A stretch of 64,000 nucleotides of DNA. Source: an uncultured Bacilli bacterium (GTDB taxonomy: Bacteria; Bacillota_I; Bacilli_A; RF39; UBA660). Each line of letters opens with the position of its first letter. Position 1 is the stretch's first letter. The stretch lies in contig CANQSQ010000002.1 of assembly GCA_947626565.1 (NCBI GenBank), positions 1,003 to 65,002 of the forward strand, given 5' to 3'. This document shows positions 9,671-19,680 of this stretch, in pieces. Both the position numbers and the translations under genes were made by a program. The notes under the pieces are model-generated. The model was not told the DNA's origin and ran no database searches. It worked only from the letters and a program-made list of their open reading frames with translations.

Positions 9671-12094
9671 ATGCAAGGGTTTATTTCGATTAATATTTTT
9701 TCATTATTAATAGTGATTTTTATTTCAATAATCTTTTTTTATAAGAAGAGACTTCATCAAGTAGAAGACAATATTTATTCTTTATTTTTAATTGCTGATA
9801 TATTGGTTAGTATATCAGGAATATTCTTAGGATTTGTAGTTGTTCCTAGGTTTAATGTTAGTAGATTTGTTATTTTGCTTCTTAATAAGATTTATTTGTT
9901 ATTTATCGTTTTTTGGGATATGTTACTTGCATATTATACGATTTATATTAGTTATATAAAAAGAGTAAATAAAGATTACAATAATTATAGAAGAAATTCT
10001 TTGTTTATTTTAATGGTTGTTTCTTTATTATTACTAGTATTGCCAGTTCATATATTTATTGGAAATGATAAGGTAATAGCAAAAGGACCGGCAATTTATT
10101 TTTCTTATTTTATGATGATTGCTTTAGGAGTAATTGATTTGATTTCAATTGGTTTTGACTATAAAAATATAAAGAGTAAAAAATATATTCCTTTATATGC
10201 TTTATTGTTGCTAGGAACGTTTGCTGTTGTTGTACAAATTTTTTATCCGGAATTAAATTATCTAATTAATCCGTGTACAGTTTTTATAACATTAATAATG
10301 TTTCATACCATTGAAAATCCTGATGTAAAGATGATTGAAAAGTTAGAATTAGCTAAGGATGTAGCGGATAAAGCTAATTCAGCTAAGACAGATTTTTTGT
10401 CAAATATGTCACATGAAATAAGAACACCTTTAAATGCTATTGTTGGTTTTAGTGAATGTATTGAAGAAGCAGAAGATTTAGATGAAGCTAAAGAAAATGC
10501 TAAAGATATTATTAGTGCTAGTGAAACATTACTTGAAATTGTTAATGGTATACTTGATATTTCTAAGATAGAAGCTGGTAAATTAGAAATAGTAAATTCT
10601 TCATATAATGCCAATGAGTTATTTTTAGAATTGACTAAGTTAATTGCACCTAAAATGAAAGATAAAAATCTAGAGTTTACTTATAATATTGCGCCTGATT
10701 TACCTAATACTTTGTATGGTGATCATGCTAATTTAAAGAAGATAATTACTAATTTATTAAGTAATGCTTGTAAATATACAAGTAAAGGATATGTTCATTT
10801 TGAAGTTTCTTGTATTAATAGTAAAGGAATATGTAAGTTAATAATATCAGTAGAAGATTCTGGACGAGGAATTAAGAAAGAAAATATTGATAAATTATTT
10901 ACAAAGTTTGAAAGATTAGATGAAGACCGTAATACGACGATAGAGGGAACAGGATTAGGTTTAGCCATAACAAAACAATTAATAGAGTTAATGGGGGGTA
11001 GAATTATTGTTCATACCATCTATGGAGAAGGTTCTAAATTTACGGTAGTTTTGAATCAAAAAATTGAAACTTCTAATGTAAATACAGTATTTAAAGAAGA
11101 CAATTTAGATATAAATTTGCATGGAGTAAAAATTTTATTAGTTGATGATAATGAAATGAATTTAAAAGTTACTAATAAACTATTACAAAGATTTGGAGCT
11201 AATGAAATTGTTTCTATTACTAATGGATTTGAATGTATAGAACGAATAGAAAAAGGTGAATATTACGATATCATATTATTAGATGATATGATGCCAAAGA
11301 TGAGTGGAGTAGAGACTCTTCAAAAATTAAAAAATATTCCTAATTTTAATATACCAGTTGTAGCTTTAACAGCTAATGCTATTACGGGAATGAAAGAGAA
11401 ATATATAAATGAAGGATTTACGGCGTATTTGTCAAAACCGCTTGTTAAAGAAGAATTAATTAAAGTATTTAGACAACTTTTGAAAAATGAAAAGAAAGAA
11501 GAAAGCAAAGAGGGAGAAGAAATACCTAAAGAGAAATTTAAAATAGAAACAGCAGTTGATGCTAAGATTGAAAGTGAAGGCGATACTAAAGAAGATACTA
11601 AGAAAGAAGTTGAAGCAGAAACTGAGGTTTTAGAGGAAAATGAAACTGAAGAAAAAGTAGTTGATTCTGCGACTGAGGAGATTAAGCAAATTACAAATGA
11701 TATTGTTGAGCCACCAGAAATAAGTGATGAAGAATATCTAAGAAATAAAGGTGTTGATTTAGATAAAGCCTTAGAATTGTTAGGCGATATGGAAATGTAT
11801 AATGCTACTATGGACGACTTTTTGAAAGAAGTAGAAGGCAAGTGGATGGACATAGAAAAATATAAATTAGAAGGCGATATGGAAAACTATCAAATATTAG
11901 TTCATTCCTTAAAAAGTGATTGTAAATACTTAGGATTTATGAGGTTAGCTGACTTAGCATATCAACATGAACTTAGTAGTAAAGCTAATGATAAAGATTT
12001 TGTAAATAAAAATTTTAATTTATTAGAAGAAGAATTTAATAATGTCCTTAATATTGTAAAGGATTATTTAGATAGAAAAAATAAAACATTATGA
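9671..12094 (+). CDS. Hybrid sensor histidine kinase (7 TM, HisKA, HATPase, receiver, Hpt)
   Basis: FLSNMSHEIRTPLN, NLLSNACKYT, DSGRG, GTGLGL, LLVDDN, LLDDMMP, SKP, Hpt VHSLKS. Confidence 0.93.
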   Translation: MQGFISINIFSLLIVIFISIIFFYKKRLHQVEDNIYSLFLIADILVSISGIFLGFVVVPRFNVSRFVILLLNKIYLLFIVFWDMLLAYYTIYISYIKRVNKDYNNYRRNSLFILMVVSLLLLVLPVHIFIGNDKVIAKGPAIYFSYFMMIALGVIDLISIGFDYKNIKSKKYIPLYALLLLGTFAVVVQIFYPELNYLINPCTVFITLIMFHTIENPDVKMIEKLELAKDVADKANSAKTDFLSNMSHEIRTPLNAIVGFSECIEEAEDLDEAKENAKDIISASETLLEIVNGILDISKIEAGKLEIVNSSYNANELFLELTKLIAPKMKDKNLEFTYNIAPDLPNTLYGDHANLKKIITNLLSNACKYTSKGYVHFEVSCINSKGICKLIISVEDSGRGIKKENIDKLFTKFERLDEDRNTTIEGTGLGLAITKQLIELMGGRIIVHTIYGEGSKFTVVLNQKIETSNVNTVFKEDNLDINLHGVKILLVDDNEMNLKVTNKLLQRFGANEIVSITNGFECIERIEKGEYYDIILLDDMMPKMSGVETLQKLKNIPNFNIPVVALTANAITGMKEKYINEGFTAYLSKPLVKEELIKVFRQLLKNEKKEESKEGEEIPKEKFKIETAVDAKIESEGDTKEDTKKEVEAETEVLEENETEEKVVDSATEEIKQITNDIVEPPEISDEEYLRNKGVDLDKALELLGDMEMYNATMDDFLKEVEGKWMDIEKYKLEGDMENYQILVHSLKSDCKYLGFMRLADLAYQHELSSKANDKDFVNKNFNLLEEEFNNVLNIVKDYLDRKNKTL

Positions 12095-12161
12095 GGAGAA
12101 GACTTTTATTATAAAGGATTTTAGTATATAATATTTAGTAGCAATTTTTAGGAGGCATATT

Positions 12162-13316
12162 ATGGAGAGCGAAATAATTTTAGATGATAAGAATATTATT
12201 GTGATGAAATTACTTCATTATTTTATAACGGAAAAGAATTATAATCCTATAATATTACAAGGGGTAGATAATGAAATTTGGTTAGAGAATTTGGATGAAG
12301 ATTATAAAGTTGTTAGAATAGTATCTGGTTATATACATAATGATGAACAATTTGAATTTGATAAATTTAAGACTAAAAGAATAGTGAAAAAAATAAAAAA
12401 GAAAACGTTAACTTTTAATATAAATGTCTTTAGTATCTTTTTAAATATGGGTGATAATGTTAGTGAAGAAATTAATACTATACCGGGATTATTATGTGTA
12501 AATGCTAAAAATGAAAGTGAATTAAAGAAGAATCCTTTAGTAGAAAAGGCATTTCCTGACTTGAAAAAGAAAATGACTTATTCAGAGAAAGGAGTAGAGT
12601 TATTTATGAAAATTACTAAAGATATTAATAAGCATAATAAAGAAGATTCTAAACGAATGGAAAAGATATTTAGTAGTAAATTTCCATTTGTAACCTATTT
12701 ACTTATTGCGATAAATATAATATTCTTTGTGGTTCCCCTTTTAATGGGACAATTTGATTATGTAATTCAGTCTTATTGTGTACATGGTCCAAGTATTAGA
12801 GCGGGACAATATTATAGATTATTATCAGGAATATTTTTACATGCTAGTATAGCTCATTTAGCTTTTAACTGTTATGCATTATATGTTATTGGATGTCAGT
12901 TAGAAAGCTTATTAGGAAAAGTTAAGTTCATTATAATTTATTTATTTTCTGGTTTGATGGGAGCGTTATTCTCAATGACTTTTGGAGGAGGATATGCTTC
13001 TGTTGGAGCTAGTGGAGCCATTTTTGGTCTTATGGGTTCATTAGTTTATTTCGGATATCATTATAGAGTTTTCTTAGGGAATGTTGTAAAAAATCAGATT
13101 GTTCCTCTTATAGTTATTAACTTAGTGTTAGGATTTATGATGTCAGGAGTTGATAACTTCGCTCATATTGGAGGTTTAATCGGAGGAACTCTAATTACAG
13201 TAGCCTTGGGAATTAAAGATAAAAGTTCAACTTTTGAAATGGTTAATGGTTGGATAGTAACAGCTATTTTACTAGCTTTTATGTATTATATGGCTTTTGT
13301 CTATGCAGTAAGGTAA
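12162..13316 (+). CDS. Rhomboid family intramembrane serine protease
   Basis: YYRLL..IFLH, HLAFN, GASGA, AHIGG motifs. Confidence 0.93.
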   Translation: MESEIILDDKNIIVMKLLHYFITEKNYNPIILQGVDNEIWLENLDEDYKVVRIVSGYIHNDEQFEFDKFKTKRIVKKIKKKTLTFNINVFSIFLNMGDNVSEEINTIPGLLCVNAKNESELKKNPLVEKAFPDLKKKMTYSEKGVELFMKITKDINKHNKEDSKRMEKIFSSKFPFVTYLLIAINIIFFVVPLLMGQFDYVIQSYCVHGPSIRAGQYYRLLSGIFLHASIAHLAFNCYALYVIGCQLESLLGKVKFIIIYLFSGLMGALFSMTFGGGYASVGASGAIFGLMGSLVYFGYHYRVFLGNVVKNQIVPLIVINLVLGFMMSGVDNFAHIGGLIGGTLITVALGIKDKSSTFEMVNGWIVTAILLAFMYYMAFVYAVR

Positions 13317-13322
13317 TTTATT

Positions 13323-14435
13323 ATGAGCACGTGGAATGATAATTTTTGTAAAAATATAGTTAAATCATTAGAAAAAAGATTAGTGATATATAAAGATAAT
13401 TATGATAAAGATAAGCTAAAACTTATTAATGAAAAAATGTTAAAATTGTTGGATGAGGAATTTTCTAGTGAAGAATTAAAAATAATTATTAGTGCATTAG
13501 AAGATAATGTAAAAGGTGATAAGACTAATTTTTATGCTAAATTAGTTTTATGTCAGTATTATGCTTTGTATAATGATAATATTCAAGTACTAAGAAAATT
13601 TTTAGAGAGAGGCTTAAATTTTATTTCTGATGAACAAGATTATCTTTTTTGTTTGGATGAGGAATATAAAGAACTATTTAGCGAAGAAGAAAATGTGGAC
13701 ATTTTTATAAAAAATAAAAAACTTTTTTATAATTGCTTGGAGTATGAATACTTTCAAGATGAACAATATTTAGATAAAGTTCAAGAAATGAAAGTTTTAT
13801 TAGAAATATTTAAAAGAAGGCCTGAAATAAGTAAGGTAAGTTATCAAAGTTATGAGGTAGAAGATTTACCGGATTTAAATGGCGTTGAAGATAGATATTT
13901 ACATTTTTTAAAACCCCAAGTTGTTGAAGTTTTAGGGGTTAGGGGAATTATTAATTTGTCGGAGAGACAAATACAAATGTTAAATGCTATTGAAGATGAT
14001 GAAGTTATTAGAAATCTTTGTGAATTACTAAAACAATATCCAACATATACTATTAGTTCAACGATTAATAGTAAACATTTTTTTGTAGAGGAATTATTTA
14101 TATTATTTAATAATAAAGAAATAGTTGATTTGACTGAAGAGCAAGTAAAAAAATTTGAGATGGTAGGAAGATTTTTATACCAAAAATTAAAAGAAGTATA
14201 TGATATTGATCAAGAGGCTTTTATACCAGATGATGTGCGAGCAATTAATGATTTAGCCTTAGAAGAGTTGGTTGGTTTATCAGAAAAAGATGCTTTGAAA
14301 ATTGAAGAAATATATAAAGATTTTTATGAAGATGGAAACTTTAAAAGAATAGGTAATTTAGTAAAAGAAATTAATTTATTAATGATAAAAATGCGAGCTA
14401 GAAAGATAGGAAAAGAAAAAGTAAAGAAACTTTAA
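13323..14435 (+). CDS. Hypothetical soluble helical protein
   Basis: 370-aa ORF with no recognised motif; basic C-terminal tail GKEKVKKL. Confidence 0.75.
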   Translation: MSTWNDNFCKNIVKSLEKRLVIYKDNYDKDKLKLINEKMLKLLDEEFSSEELKIIISALEDNVKGDKTNFYAKLVLCQYYALYNDNIQVLRKFLERGLNFISDEQDYLFCLDEEYKELFSEEENVDIFIKNKKLFYNCLEYEYFQDEQYLDKVQEMKVLLEIFKRRPEISKVSYQSYEVEDLPDLNGVEDRYLHFLKPQVVEVLGVRGIINLSERQIQMLNAIEDDEVIRNLCELLKQYPTYTISSTINSKHFFVEELFILFNNKEIVDLTEEQVKKFEMVGRFLYQKLKEVYDIDQEAFIPDDVRAINDLALEELVGLSEKDALKIEEIYKDFYEDGNFKRIGNLVKEINLLMIKMRARKIGKEKVKKL

Positions 14436-14499
14436 ATGTTGTAAATGATGTTATTAAATGTTAAAATAAAATTAATAATATTATAGTGAGGTGATTACG

Positions 14500-14751
14500 T
14501 TGCGAGACAAAACTAGTTTATTCAGTGTACAAGAATTAGATACTAAAGTGGTTAGAGATGCTCTAACGGAAGCTTTTGATGCTTTAGAAGAAAGAGGTTA
14601 TAATCCAACTAATCAAATAGTTGGTTACTTAATTAGTGGTGATCCAGGTTATATATCTAGTTATAAGGATGCTAGAAATAAGATTCAAGAAGTGGATCGA
14701 GCTAAGATAGTAGAAATTTTATTAACAGAATTTCATAAAAATAATAAATGA
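14500..14751 (+). CDS. ireB: IreB/ReoM family regulatory phosphoprotein (UPF0297)
   Basis: ALEERGYNPTNQIVGYLISGDPGYISS; TTG start chosen after RBS gaggtga; precedes ruvX as in other Bacilli. Confidence 0.92.
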   Translation: MRDKTSLFSVQELDTKVVRDALTEAFDALEERGYNPTNQIVGYLISGDPGYISSYKDARNKIQEVDRAKIVEILLTEFHKNNK

Positions 14752-15170
14752 AATATTTAGGTCTTGATTTAGGTAGTAAAACGTTAGGTATGGCATTAAG
14801 TGATAGCAGTGGTATTATTGCCAGTAGTTATAAGATAATTAGACATAATGAGGAATATGAACGTTTACTAAATGAAGTTGTTGGTGAGGTAGAAAAATTA
14901 GGTATTGAGGCCATTGTCCTTGGCTTTCCTAAGAATATGAATAATACCATAGGTCCTAAAGGTGAACTTAGTTTAGATTTTAAGGATAAGCTAGAAAAAA
15001 GATTGGAAATACCTATTTTTTTGCAAGATGAAAGACTTAGTACTGTTAGTGCAACTAATGTTTTGATTGATGGTGGAGTTTCACGTAAAAGAAGAAAAAA
15101 GGTTGTCGATAGTTTGGCAGCTACTATAATATTACAAACATACTTAGATAGAAAGGATAAAGAAAAATGA
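14748..15170 (+). CDS. ruvX: RuvX/YqgF family nuclease
   Basis: LGLDLGSKTLG, DERLST, VDSLAATIILQ. Confidence 0.95.
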   Translation: MKYLGLDLGSKTLGMALSDSSGIIASSYKIIRHNEEYERLLNEVVGEVEKLGIEAIVLGFPKNMNNTIGPKGELSLDFKDKLEKRLEIPIFLQDERLSTVSATNVLIDGGVSRKRRKKVVDSLAATIILQTYLDRKDKEK

Positions 15171-15460
15171 AAAAAAATACTTTTTCAATGTTAGATGAAA
15201 ATGGAAATGAAATAGTTTATGATGTATTATTTACATTTGAAAATGAGGAGACAAATAAAAACTATATAGTTTATACAGATAATAGTAAGGATGAACAAGG
15301 AAATATTCAAGTTTTTGCTTCAATATATGATCCAAATGATCCTAAGAGTAGATTAGAACCAATTCAATCAGATAAAGAATGGAAAGTTATTGAAACTATA
15401 CTAGAAACACTTCAAGAAGAAATTAGAAATAAAATGGGTAATGACACAAGTGAAAATTAA
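15167..15460 (+). CDS. DUF1292 family protein (YrzB-like)
   Basis: DENGNE..YDVLFTF, I.SDKEW..IE; conserved position after ruvX. Confidence 0.85.
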   Translation: MKKNTFSMLDENGNEIVYDVLFTFENEETNKNYIVYTDNSKDEQGNIQVFASIYDPNDPKSRLEPIQSDKEWKVIETILETLQEEIRNKMGNDTSEN

Positions 15461-15476
15461 TTTTGTGGGAGATTAG

Positions 15477-16553
15477 ATGGTAGTAAAAAAAAGGAAAGCA
15501 AAACCTTTATTATTTGTTTTAATTCTAATACTTGTAGCTATTTTAATGATTGGAATAGCTATATTTTGGATATATTCTACAAGTTGTGTAGATAAAAATG
15601 ATGATGCTAGTATAGAAGTAGTTATTGAAAAGGGGTATGGTTCAGCAAAAATTGCCCAAATTTTAAAAGAAAAGAATTTGATTAGGAATACATCTATTTT
15701 TAGACTATATGTTAAATTGTATAGTAAAAATACTTTGAAAGCTACGACTTATGAATTTAATAGAACAATGGATGTAAAAGAAATTGTAGAATCTTTAGAA
15801 GCTGGTAATAGTTATGATCCTGATCAATTATTAATAACTTTTAAAGAAGGACAAAGAATAACTGATTATGCAGAAATAATTGCGGAAAAAGTTAATAAAC
15901 CAGTAGATGAAGTTATTGCAGTATTTAATGATAAAGAATTAATTAAAGAACTAATAGGTAAATATTGGTTTTTAGAAGAAAAGATAGTTAGTGAGGATAT
16001 TTATTATCCTTTAGAGGGGTATTTGGCTCCGGATACTTATTTTTTTGCTAAAGATGTGACTGTTAAAGAAATAATTATGACCATGCTTGATGAGATGGAA
16101 GAAAAATTGAATAAATATAAAGATAAAATTAAAGATAATGTTCATGATTATGTGACAATGGCATCGATTGTAGAATTAGAAGGTACTAATCAAGAAAATA
16201 GAAAGATGATAGTTGGAATTTTTAATAATAGAATTGCTAATAAAATGAATTTAGGTAGTGATGTAACAACTTATTATGCTTTACAAAAACCAATGACGGG
16301 TGATTTATCTACTGCAGAATTTAGTACGATAAATCCTTATAATACAAGGGCGGCTAATATGGGTGGTAAGTTACCAGTAGGACCAATTTGTAATTTTGGT
16401 AAGGAAAGCTTAGAAGCTAGTGTTAATCCAACTAGTAGTGATTATTTATTCTTTGTCGCAGATAAAAAGGGAAATATTTATTATACGAAAACGAATAGTG
16501 AGCATCAGCAAAAAGTTGCTGAGATAAAAGAAAAAGGTGACTGGATATGGTAG
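15477..16553 (+). CDS. mltG: Endolytic transglycosylase MltG
   Basis: LEGYLAPDTY, MASIVELE, NPYNT, LPVGPICN, YLFFVA. Confidence 0.93.
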   Translation: MVVKKRKAKPLLFVLILILVAILMIGIAIFWIYSTSCVDKNDDASIEVVIEKGYGSAKIAQILKEKNLIRNTSIFRLYVKLYSKNTLKATTYEFNRTMDVKEIVESLEAGNSYDPDQLLITFKEGQRITDYAEIIAEKVNKPVDEVIAVFNDKELIKELIGKYWFLEEKIVSEDIYYPLEGYLAPDTYFFAKDVTVKEIIMTMLDEMEEKLNKYKDKIKDNVHDYVTMASIVELEGTNQENRKMIVGIFNNRIANKMNLGSDVTTYYALQKPMTGDLSTAEFSTINPYNTRAANMGGKLPVGPICNFGKESLEASVNPTSSDYLFFVADKKGNIYYTKTNSEHQQKVAEIKEKGDWIW

Positions 16554-17149
16554 ATAGTTTTGGGACTATCAAACAAATGAAGGAATATGCGGATAAGTAT
16601 AATGTGCCAATTATAACTGATGAAGGAATTGAGTATATAAAAGATTATATTGAGAAAAATGCAGTTAGAAAAATTTTAGAAATTGGTACAGCTATAGGAT
16701 ATTCAGCTATCATGATGGCTCTTTGTGATAGTGACATTGAAGTGACAACTATAGAAAGAGATGAGAAAAGATACTTAGAAGCTATTAAAAATGTAAAGAA
16801 ACTAAATTTGGAAAGAAGAATTAATTTAATATATAATGATGCTTTTCAAGTTAATTTAACAGATAAATATGATTTAATTTTTATAGATGCAGCCAAGGCA
16901 CAAAATACTAAGTTTTTTGAAAAGTTTGCTGCTAATTTGAGTGATAAGGGTGTTATAATTACGGATAATTTGAGTTTTCATGGCTTAGTAGCAAAGTCTG
17001 ATGATGAAATTGAGAGTAGAAACTTACGGGCATTGGTTAGAAAAATAAGAGATTATATTGCTTTTTTACAAAATAATAAGGACTATGAAACAGAATTTTT
17101 AGATATTGGAGATGGAATAGCTGTAAGTAGAAAAAAGAGTAGTGAGTAA
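16547..17149 (+). CDS. trmR: O-methyltransferase (TrmR/YrrM family)
   Basis: ILEIGTAIGYSA, DLIFIDAAK, GDGIAVS; synteny with mltG and the U32 peptidase genes. Confidence 0.85.
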   Translation: MVDSFGTIKQMKEYADKYNVPIITDEGIEYIKDYIEKNAVRKILEIGTAIGYSAIMMALCDSDIEVTTIERDEKRYLEAIKNVKKLNLERRINLIYNDAFQVNLTDKYDLIFIDAAKAQNTKFFEKFAANLSDKGVIITDNLSFHGLVAKSDDEIESRNLRALVRKIRDYIAFLQNNKDYETEFLDIGDGIAVSRKKSSE

Positions 17150-17164
17150 AGATAAGGTGATAGA

Positions 17165-18100
17165 ATGAAATATTTGCAAATATTGGATTGCACTTCATCA
17201 TTGGGTAATTGTTGTATGGACTATGGGCTAGTTTCAATTATTGACATTACAAGGAAGATATTTGAATTAATACAATTATTTGTGCCAATAATTTTAGTAG
17301 TAATGCTTACGTTTCAATTTGGTAAGTTAGTTCTTAATCCAGAAGAGAAAAATGGAATGAAGAATGTTATTAATAAGTTAATAGCGGCAGTTGTTTGCTT
17401 TTTCTTACCAGTAATTTTAGATGCGGCTATGGGAATGTTACCTGATAGTTTTGTAGTTACTTCTTGTTGGGAGAATGCTAAAGTTATGAGGGAAGTATCA
17501 CTTAATACGCCTTTAAAATATATAAAAATAACGGATAGAGATCCATATAATATTTTACCTGATCCAGATGGTTATGAACAAGGTGAAGAACATAAGGCTG
17601 GTTCTGGTAGTTCGGGTCCAGCGGGGGTAGGTGCTCAAAGATTGCTTAGTGTGGCTATACCTGAGATTGGTAATAATGAAGGTGATAATAGTCATGCTAA
17701 ATATGAAACTTTTAATCACTTAGATTTATCGCAGCCATGGTGTGCAGCTTTTGTGACCTGGTGTGCAGGACAAGCGGGATTTTTAGATTCTGGTATTTTA
17801 CCTAGATATGTTGGTTGTTCAGCTGGAGCTTCATGGTTTAAATCTAGAGGACAATATTATTCTGAAGGTTCAGGTTATACACCGCAACCGGGAGATATCG
17901 TTTTTTATGGATCTGGCGGAGGATACTCACATACCGGAATAGTAGAGAGAGCTGATGCTGATTATGTTTATACTATAGAAGGAAATACCAGTTGTGAAGG
18001 AGAAGCTGTTAGTAAGTGTCATGGTGCTCACGGAGTATCTAGAAAGACAAGAAATCGTCATACTGGATATGTTTATGGTTATGGCAAACCTAATTATTAG
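17165..18100 (+). CDS. Pilin-like membrane hairpin fused to a CHAP amidase/peptidase domain
   Basis: N-terminal two-TM region aligns by eye with the 37685 pilin; C-terminal PWCAAFVTW, PQPGDIVF, SHTGIV, TIEGN. Confidence 0.85.
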   Translation: MKYLQILDCTSSLGNCCMDYGLVSIIDITRKIFELIQLFVPIILVVMLTFQFGKLVLNPEEKNGMKNVINKLIAAVVCFFLPVILDAAMGMLPDSFVVTSCWENAKVMREVSLNTPLKYIKITDRDPYNILPDPDGYEQGEEHKAGSGSSGPAGVGAQRLLSVAIPEIGNNEGDNSHAKYETFNHLDLSQPWCAAFVTWCAGQAGFLDSGILPRYVGCSAGASWFKSRGQYYSEGSGYTPQPGDIVFYGSGGGYSHTGIVERADADYVYTIEGNTSCEGEAVSKCHGAHGVSRKTRNRHTGYVYGYGKPNY

Positions 18101-18121
18101 AAGATAAAAAGGAAGATTGTA

Positions 18122-18844
18122 ATGAAAAAGGTAATTAAAAAAAGAAATGACAAGGTTATTTTGCTAGTAGTTATTGTAGCGACATTTTTGTTTGTTTGTT
18201 TTAATGTTTATCATTACTTTAATACGTACAATAAAAATACAGGGTACAATAATATAAAAGAGGATACATCTAAATTAATTGTTTATACTAGATATACCCG
18301 AGATGTAAGCGATATTGTTACAATGGTTCCTTATATAAATTTAAAAACAGATATAATTGGGGATTTAAATAATCAAATTGCTGAGGTAGCGAATTCTTAT
18401 TTAGTTAATGAAGATAATGTCTTAACATATGAATATCAAATTAGTGGGGATATTTTATCAGTGGTTATGCAGATAAATTGTTATGATCAACCATTACCGG
18501 TAGTATATTTTAAAACTTATAATATAAACTTAAAAGAAAAAAGAATTTTAGAGGATGCCGATATTTTAAGTTTATTTAATATAACGGAAGCTGATGTTTC
18601 ACAAAAGATTGAAGAAAAATTCAAGACCTTTTTTAGAGAAGAAAGAGAAAAAAATATTTTTGATGAGGAATGTGATTATACTTGCTTTTTAGGTTATCGA
18701 AATATTAGTAATTATTTAGACAATATTCATTATTATGTAGATAATGCTCAATTATATGTCTATAAAGAATTTAATATTTATTCTATATATGATGAGGAAG
18801 ATTATTTTAAAAATACAGATTATAAAATGGCAATAACAGAATAA
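18122..18844 (+). CDS. Membrane-anchored hypothetical protein (RsiV/PdaC-like fold suspected), paralogue 1
   Basis: Single N-terminal TM; VPYINLKT, FKTYNINLK, ECDYTCF, YVYKEF shared with the next gene. Confidence 0.7.
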   Translation: MKKVIKKRNDKVILLVVIVATFLFVCFNVYHYFNTYNKNTGYNNIKEDTSKLIVYTRYTRDVSDIVTMVPYINLKTDIIGDLNNQIAEVANSYLVNEDNVLTYEYQISGDILSVVMQINCYDQPLPVVYFKTYNINLKEKRILEDADILSLFNITEADVSQKIEEKFKTFFREEREKNIFDEECDYTCFLGYRNISNYLDNIHYYVDNAQLYVYKEFNIYSIYDEEDYFKNTDYKMAITE

Positions 18845-18860
18845 TTAGAGGAGGTCTTTT

Positions 18861-19631
18861 ATGTTAATGGTAGATAATAAGAAAATGAAAAAAGAACAAA
18901 GACCTACTAAAGGAAATAAAAAAACAACATTTGATGTTAAATATGTACCATTTATAATAACTATGATAGTAATTATAATAGGTTTGTTTGTGGGATATAA
19001 TCTTTTTAGACCGAAAGAGCTTAATTATAAAAAATATATGATAGATAATTCTAAGGATTTAGTTTATACTAACATAGATAAAAGTTATGGTGATTATGTT
19101 AAGAATGTTCCTTATATAAATTTAAATACAGATGCAATTAGTGCTTTAAATGAAGAAATAGAATTGTTTGTAGCAGATTATTTAGATAAAGCTCAATGTG
19201 TTATTTATTATGATTATGATATAAATGATGGTGTAATCTTATCATTAATGATTAGGATTATTGATTATGCAGAAGATAATGGACCAATAAATTATTTTAA
19301 GACGATAAATATTGATTTAAAGACTTTGAATGAAATGGAAGATATTGATATGTTGACAGCTTTCAAAGTTACAGAAAAGGACATTCAGAAAAAAATAGAA
19401 GAGAAATTTAAAGATTATTTTTGGGATTTAGTAATTGATAATAAAATTGATTCAGCTTCATGTGATTTTGAATGTTTTGTGGGAAGAAGAGGGTTCTTAG
19501 GATATATGAGTGATGTCAATTATTACGTTAAAGATAAAAAATTAGTAGTTTATAAACCTTTTTTGATTGCTACTTCCCAAGAAGAATATGATTATTTTGT
19601 AGATAATGAATTTGTATTTGAAATAACATAA
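18861..19631 (+). CDS. Membrane-anchored hypothetical protein, paralogue 2
   Basis: Single TM; VPYINLNT, FKTINIDLK, SCDFECF, VVYKPF. Confidence 0.7.
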   Translation: MLMVDNKKMKKEQRPTKGNKKTTFDVKYVPFIITMIVIIIGLFVGYNLFRPKELNYKKYMIDNSKDLVYTNIDKSYGDYVKNVPYINLNTDAISALNEEIELFVADYLDKAQCVIYYDYDINDGVILSLMIRIIDYAEDNGPINYFKTINIDLKTLNEMEDIDMLTAFKVTEKDIQKKIEEKFKDYFWDLVIDNKIDSASCDFECFVGRRGFLGYMSDVNYYVKDKKLVVYKPFLIATSQEEYDYFVDNEFVFEIT

Positions 19632-19632
19632 A

Positions 19633-19661
19633 TTGCTTGAAATAATTTATTGTGCTATAAT
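19633..19661 (+). promoter_or_regulatory. SigA-type promoter with extended -10
   Basis: TTGCTT-17 bp-TATAAT with TG at -15/-14. Confidence 0.6.
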
Positions 19662-19680
19662 ATGAGTTACTGATTAACTT

